A stretch of 64,000 nucleotides of DNA from positions 15,697,918 to 15,761,917 of the forward strand of contig CM119269.1 in NCBI GenBank assembly GCA_051294375.1. Reading direction: 5' to 3'. The position numbers and the translations under genes were made by a program. Shown here in pieces: positions 60,890 through 64,000 of this stretch. The notes under the pieces are model-generated. The model saw only the letters and a program-made list of their open reading frames with translations, did not search any database and was not told the DNA's origin. This DNA is from Paraspadella gotoi (Eukaryota > Animalia > Chaetognatha). How positions within the stretch are numbered: the stretch's first letter is position 1; each line of letters begins with the position of its first letter.

Positions 60890-61423
60890 CAACTTTTTTT
60901 TGACTAAACGACGAAAACGATGATGACAACGATAAAGACGACGATGTTGACGACGATGTAGACGACGAAAAACTACTTCGAACCAAATAAAACGACAAAT
61001 AAATCAAAAAAAAAAATCCCTTCAAACAACATTATTTATATACAAACATAGATTTGGAAAAAGCCTGAAGAATTTCTACGAATTTAAATTGCATGATTTA
61101 ATTTTTTTTTCCTGGTGTAGCTCTACAATATTTTTTTTCAAATAAATTGAATACAATTTTTTCTTAACATTCGTCGATCCGCGCGTAAATCGCGTGTGCA
61201 AACAACGTTGCAAGCGCGTGTGGAACCTGGTTCTCTTTTCTCCATTAGTTATCTTTTCCCATGGAACCGGGAGATGTGAAAAGCATGGAAAAAGCAGGGC
61301 AAGCGAAGGAGAAAAGGCGCCCATGCCTCGGGGAACCTTGCCTCGAAATGGGGCAAGGTCGCCATTGCTTATGAGCAGCCCGCATTTTTTCAATGTCTCC
61401 CGTTTCTCCCTCTCTCCTCTCTC

Positions 61424-61495
<72 letters not shown>

Positions 61496-62993
61496 TCTGT
61501 ATCCATTTTCTTTGGATCTTTCACTTATCAATCATTTTTCAGCCTTTCCATTCTTCACCTTTTTTCTTTTTTTATCCTTTCTTTTTTCCTTTTTTCTTTC
61601 CTTTTTCCTCCCTTGTCGCTTTCTGCCCTAAATTCGCCTTATCTTTCATTGGTCATTTCCATCTCGTATTTTCGTGTCCCCGTTTCCCCCTTTTTTATAT
61701 CGACATTCACTTCCTCCTCCTCCTCTCCTCCTCCTCCTCCTCCCTCCTCCTCCTCCCTCCCGGTTCCAACCTCCTTTTTCATTTCGCTGCCTTAAATTCC
61801 TCCATTTCTTCTCTTTAACAAAAAAGCCCCCCCCTAACCTCCGCCCCCCCCCATTTTCTCTTTTTTTTTTTACTGATCATCGCTCATTTGAAATTCCAAC
61901 CCTTCGAGGCTTCGAGCCTCCTTTATCTTTGGCTCGTCTCTCTGCCGGCGGTTTTTTTTCCCCCTTTTCGGTGGTTTTTAGTTTTTCCTTCATAAAACCA
62001 TTAAAGTTTTTTTTCATGGTTGTTCCGCCCATTTTTCGGGGAGAAAAAAAAAGGCGTCGTTCTTCTCGTTTTCCTATTTTTTGTTCTTTTTTTTGTCCTT
62101 TTTTTTTCTTATTCCCTTTTCCCTTCCTGGTCCTTCGTTTCAGTTTCATATATTTTTTCTGCGACTGTTCAATTTCCTAGTTCAAATTTTCCTTCATTCT
62201 CTCTTTTTCTTCCTTCATTTTTCCTTCTTCCTCCCTTTTCTTCTTTCCTTCCTTCATTCATTCATTCATTCCTTTCTCCTTCCTTCCGTCCTTCCTTCCT
62301 TCTTCCTTCCTTCCTTCTTTCTTCCTTCCTTCATTTCTTCCTTCATTCATTCATTCTTTCTTTCCTTCTTCCTTCCTTCCTTTCCTTCTATCTTCCTTTC
62401 TTCCTTCTCATTCATTCATTCATTCATTCATTCATTCATTTCATTCATTCATTCATTCATTCATTCATTCTTTCCTTCCATCCTTCCTTCATTCANNNNN
62501 NNNNNNNNNNNNNNNNNNNNAGAACTTTTTTTTTGACCCCTAAACCGACGGAAAAAACGGATGATTGGAAACGATAAAGACGACCGATGTTGACGACGAT
62601 GTAGACGACAAAAACTACTTCGAACAAATAAACGAAACAAATTATTTAATGCATAAAAGCTCTACAACTATTTTTTTTTCAAATAAATTGAATTACAATT
62701 TTTTCTTCAACATTCGTCGATCCGCGCGTAAATCGCGTGTGCAAACAACGTTGCAAGCGCGTGTGGAACCTGGTTCTCTTTTCTCCATTAGTTATCTTTT
62801 CCCATGGAACCGGGAGATGTGAAAAGCATGGAAAAAGCAGGGCAAGCGAAGAGAAAAGGCGCCCATGCCTCGGGGAACCTTGCCTCGAAATGGGGCAAGG
62901 TCGCCATTGCTTATGAGCAGCCCCATTTTTTCTTAATGTCTCCCGTTTCTCCCTCTCTCCTCTCTCTCTCTCTGTCTCTTCTCTCTTCTCTCT

Positions 62994-63039
<46 letters not shown>

Positions 63040-64000
63040 GTATCCATTTTCTTTGGATCTTTCACTTATCAATCATTTTTCAGCCTTTCCATTCTTCACC
63101 TTTTTTCTTTTTTTATCCTTTCTTTTTTCCTTTTTCTTTTCCTTTTTCCTCCCTTGTCGCCTTCTGCCCTAAATTCGCCTTATCTTTCATTTGGTCATTT
63201 CCATCTCGTATTTTCGTGTCCCCGTTTCCCCCTTTTTTATATCGACATTCACTTCCTCCTCCTCCTCCTCCTCCTCCTCCTCCTCCCTCCTTCCTCCCTT
63301 CCCGGTTCCAACCTCCTTTTTCATTTCGCTGCCTTAAATTCCTCCATTTCTTCTCTTTAACAAAAAAGCCCCCCCCTAACCTCCGCCTCCCCCCCATTTT
63401 CTCTTTTTTTTTTTACTGATCATCGCTCATTTGAAATTCCAACCCTTCGAGGCTTCGAGCCTCCTTTATCTTTGGCTCGTCTCTTCGCCGGCGGTTTTTT
63501 TTCCCCCTTTTCGGTGGTTTTTAGTTTTTCCTTCATAAAACCATTAAAGTTTTTTTTCATGGTTGTTCCGCCCATTTTTCGGGAGAAAAAAAAAGGCGTC
63601 GTTCTTCTCGTTTTCCTATTTTTTGTTCTTTTTTGTCCTTTTTTTTCTTACTCCCTTTTTCCCTTCCTGGTCCTTCGTTTCAGTTTCATATTTATTTTTT
63701 CTGCGACTGTTCAATTCTAGTTTTCAAATTTTCCTTCATTCATTCTTTTCTTCCTTCTTTCTTCCTTCTTCCTCCCTTTTCTTCTTTCCTTCCTTCATAT
63801 CATTCATTCATTCCTTTCTCCTTCCTTCCGTCCTTCCTTCCTTTCTTCCTTCCTTCCTTCTTTCCTTCCTTCCTTCATTTCTTCCTTCATTCATTCATTC
63901 TTTCTTTCTTTCTTCCTTCCTTCCTTTCCTTCTATCTTCCTTTCTTTCCTTCTTCATTCATTCATTCATTCATTCATTCATTTCATTCATTCCATTCATT
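60890..64000. repeat. Tandem duplication (~60890-62495 vs 62521-64000) across a 25-N gap, each copy ending in a (TTCC)/(TTCA) microsatellite
   Basis: Colinear copies (gatgttgacgacgatgtagacgac ... cattcattcatt). Confidence 0.85.

Noticed and set aside
61190-61380. Cys-containing snippet (CEK..RRPCLGEPCL) and 10-bp hairpin ACCTTGCCTC/GGGGCAAGGT as a TSP1-like exon or regulatory RNA
   Set aside because: The frame differs between the two copies, there are no convincing splice sites, and the WxxW motif is lacking; the evidence is insufficient.

Overview
Eukaryotic (probably invertebrate animal) genomic DNA from an error-prone, gap-filled long-read assembly. It is AT-rich, dense in (CT)/(GA) microsatellites and full of single-base indels. 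Seven exact 25-N gaps occur, most at junctions of large tandem re-assemblies of the same sequence, so the unique content is only about half of the 64 kb. The one confidently supported gene is a spliced minus-strand two-RRM RNA-binding protein of the DAZAP1/Hrb27C/Musashi family, present three times. Its C-terminal tail is about 53 [S/L]G[A/P]N[M/L]-type pentapeptide repeats resembling the A(D/N)LXX pentapeptide-repeat consensus. A small plus-strand gene with a TATA box and signal peptide starts at 60201. The most interesting mobile-DNA finding is a miniature non-autonomous LTR retroelement (TRIM-like): ~235-bp TG..CA LTRs, a tRNA-Trp-like PBS, a 185-bp interior and a PPT. Its LTR is almost entirely hairpins and contains a tRNA-like/B-box module, reminiscent of plant Cassandra TRIMs that carry 5S rRNA. 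A 5'-truncated LINE is nested in its 5' LTR, and a solo LTR occurs elsewhere. Also present are a 2.66-kb Helentron-type (HINE) insertion that is absent from one copy of the locus, a TTAA-flanked foldback MITE, and a 4.5-kb G-rich block that is most likely read junk. All calls were made by eye; no database search or folding program was run.
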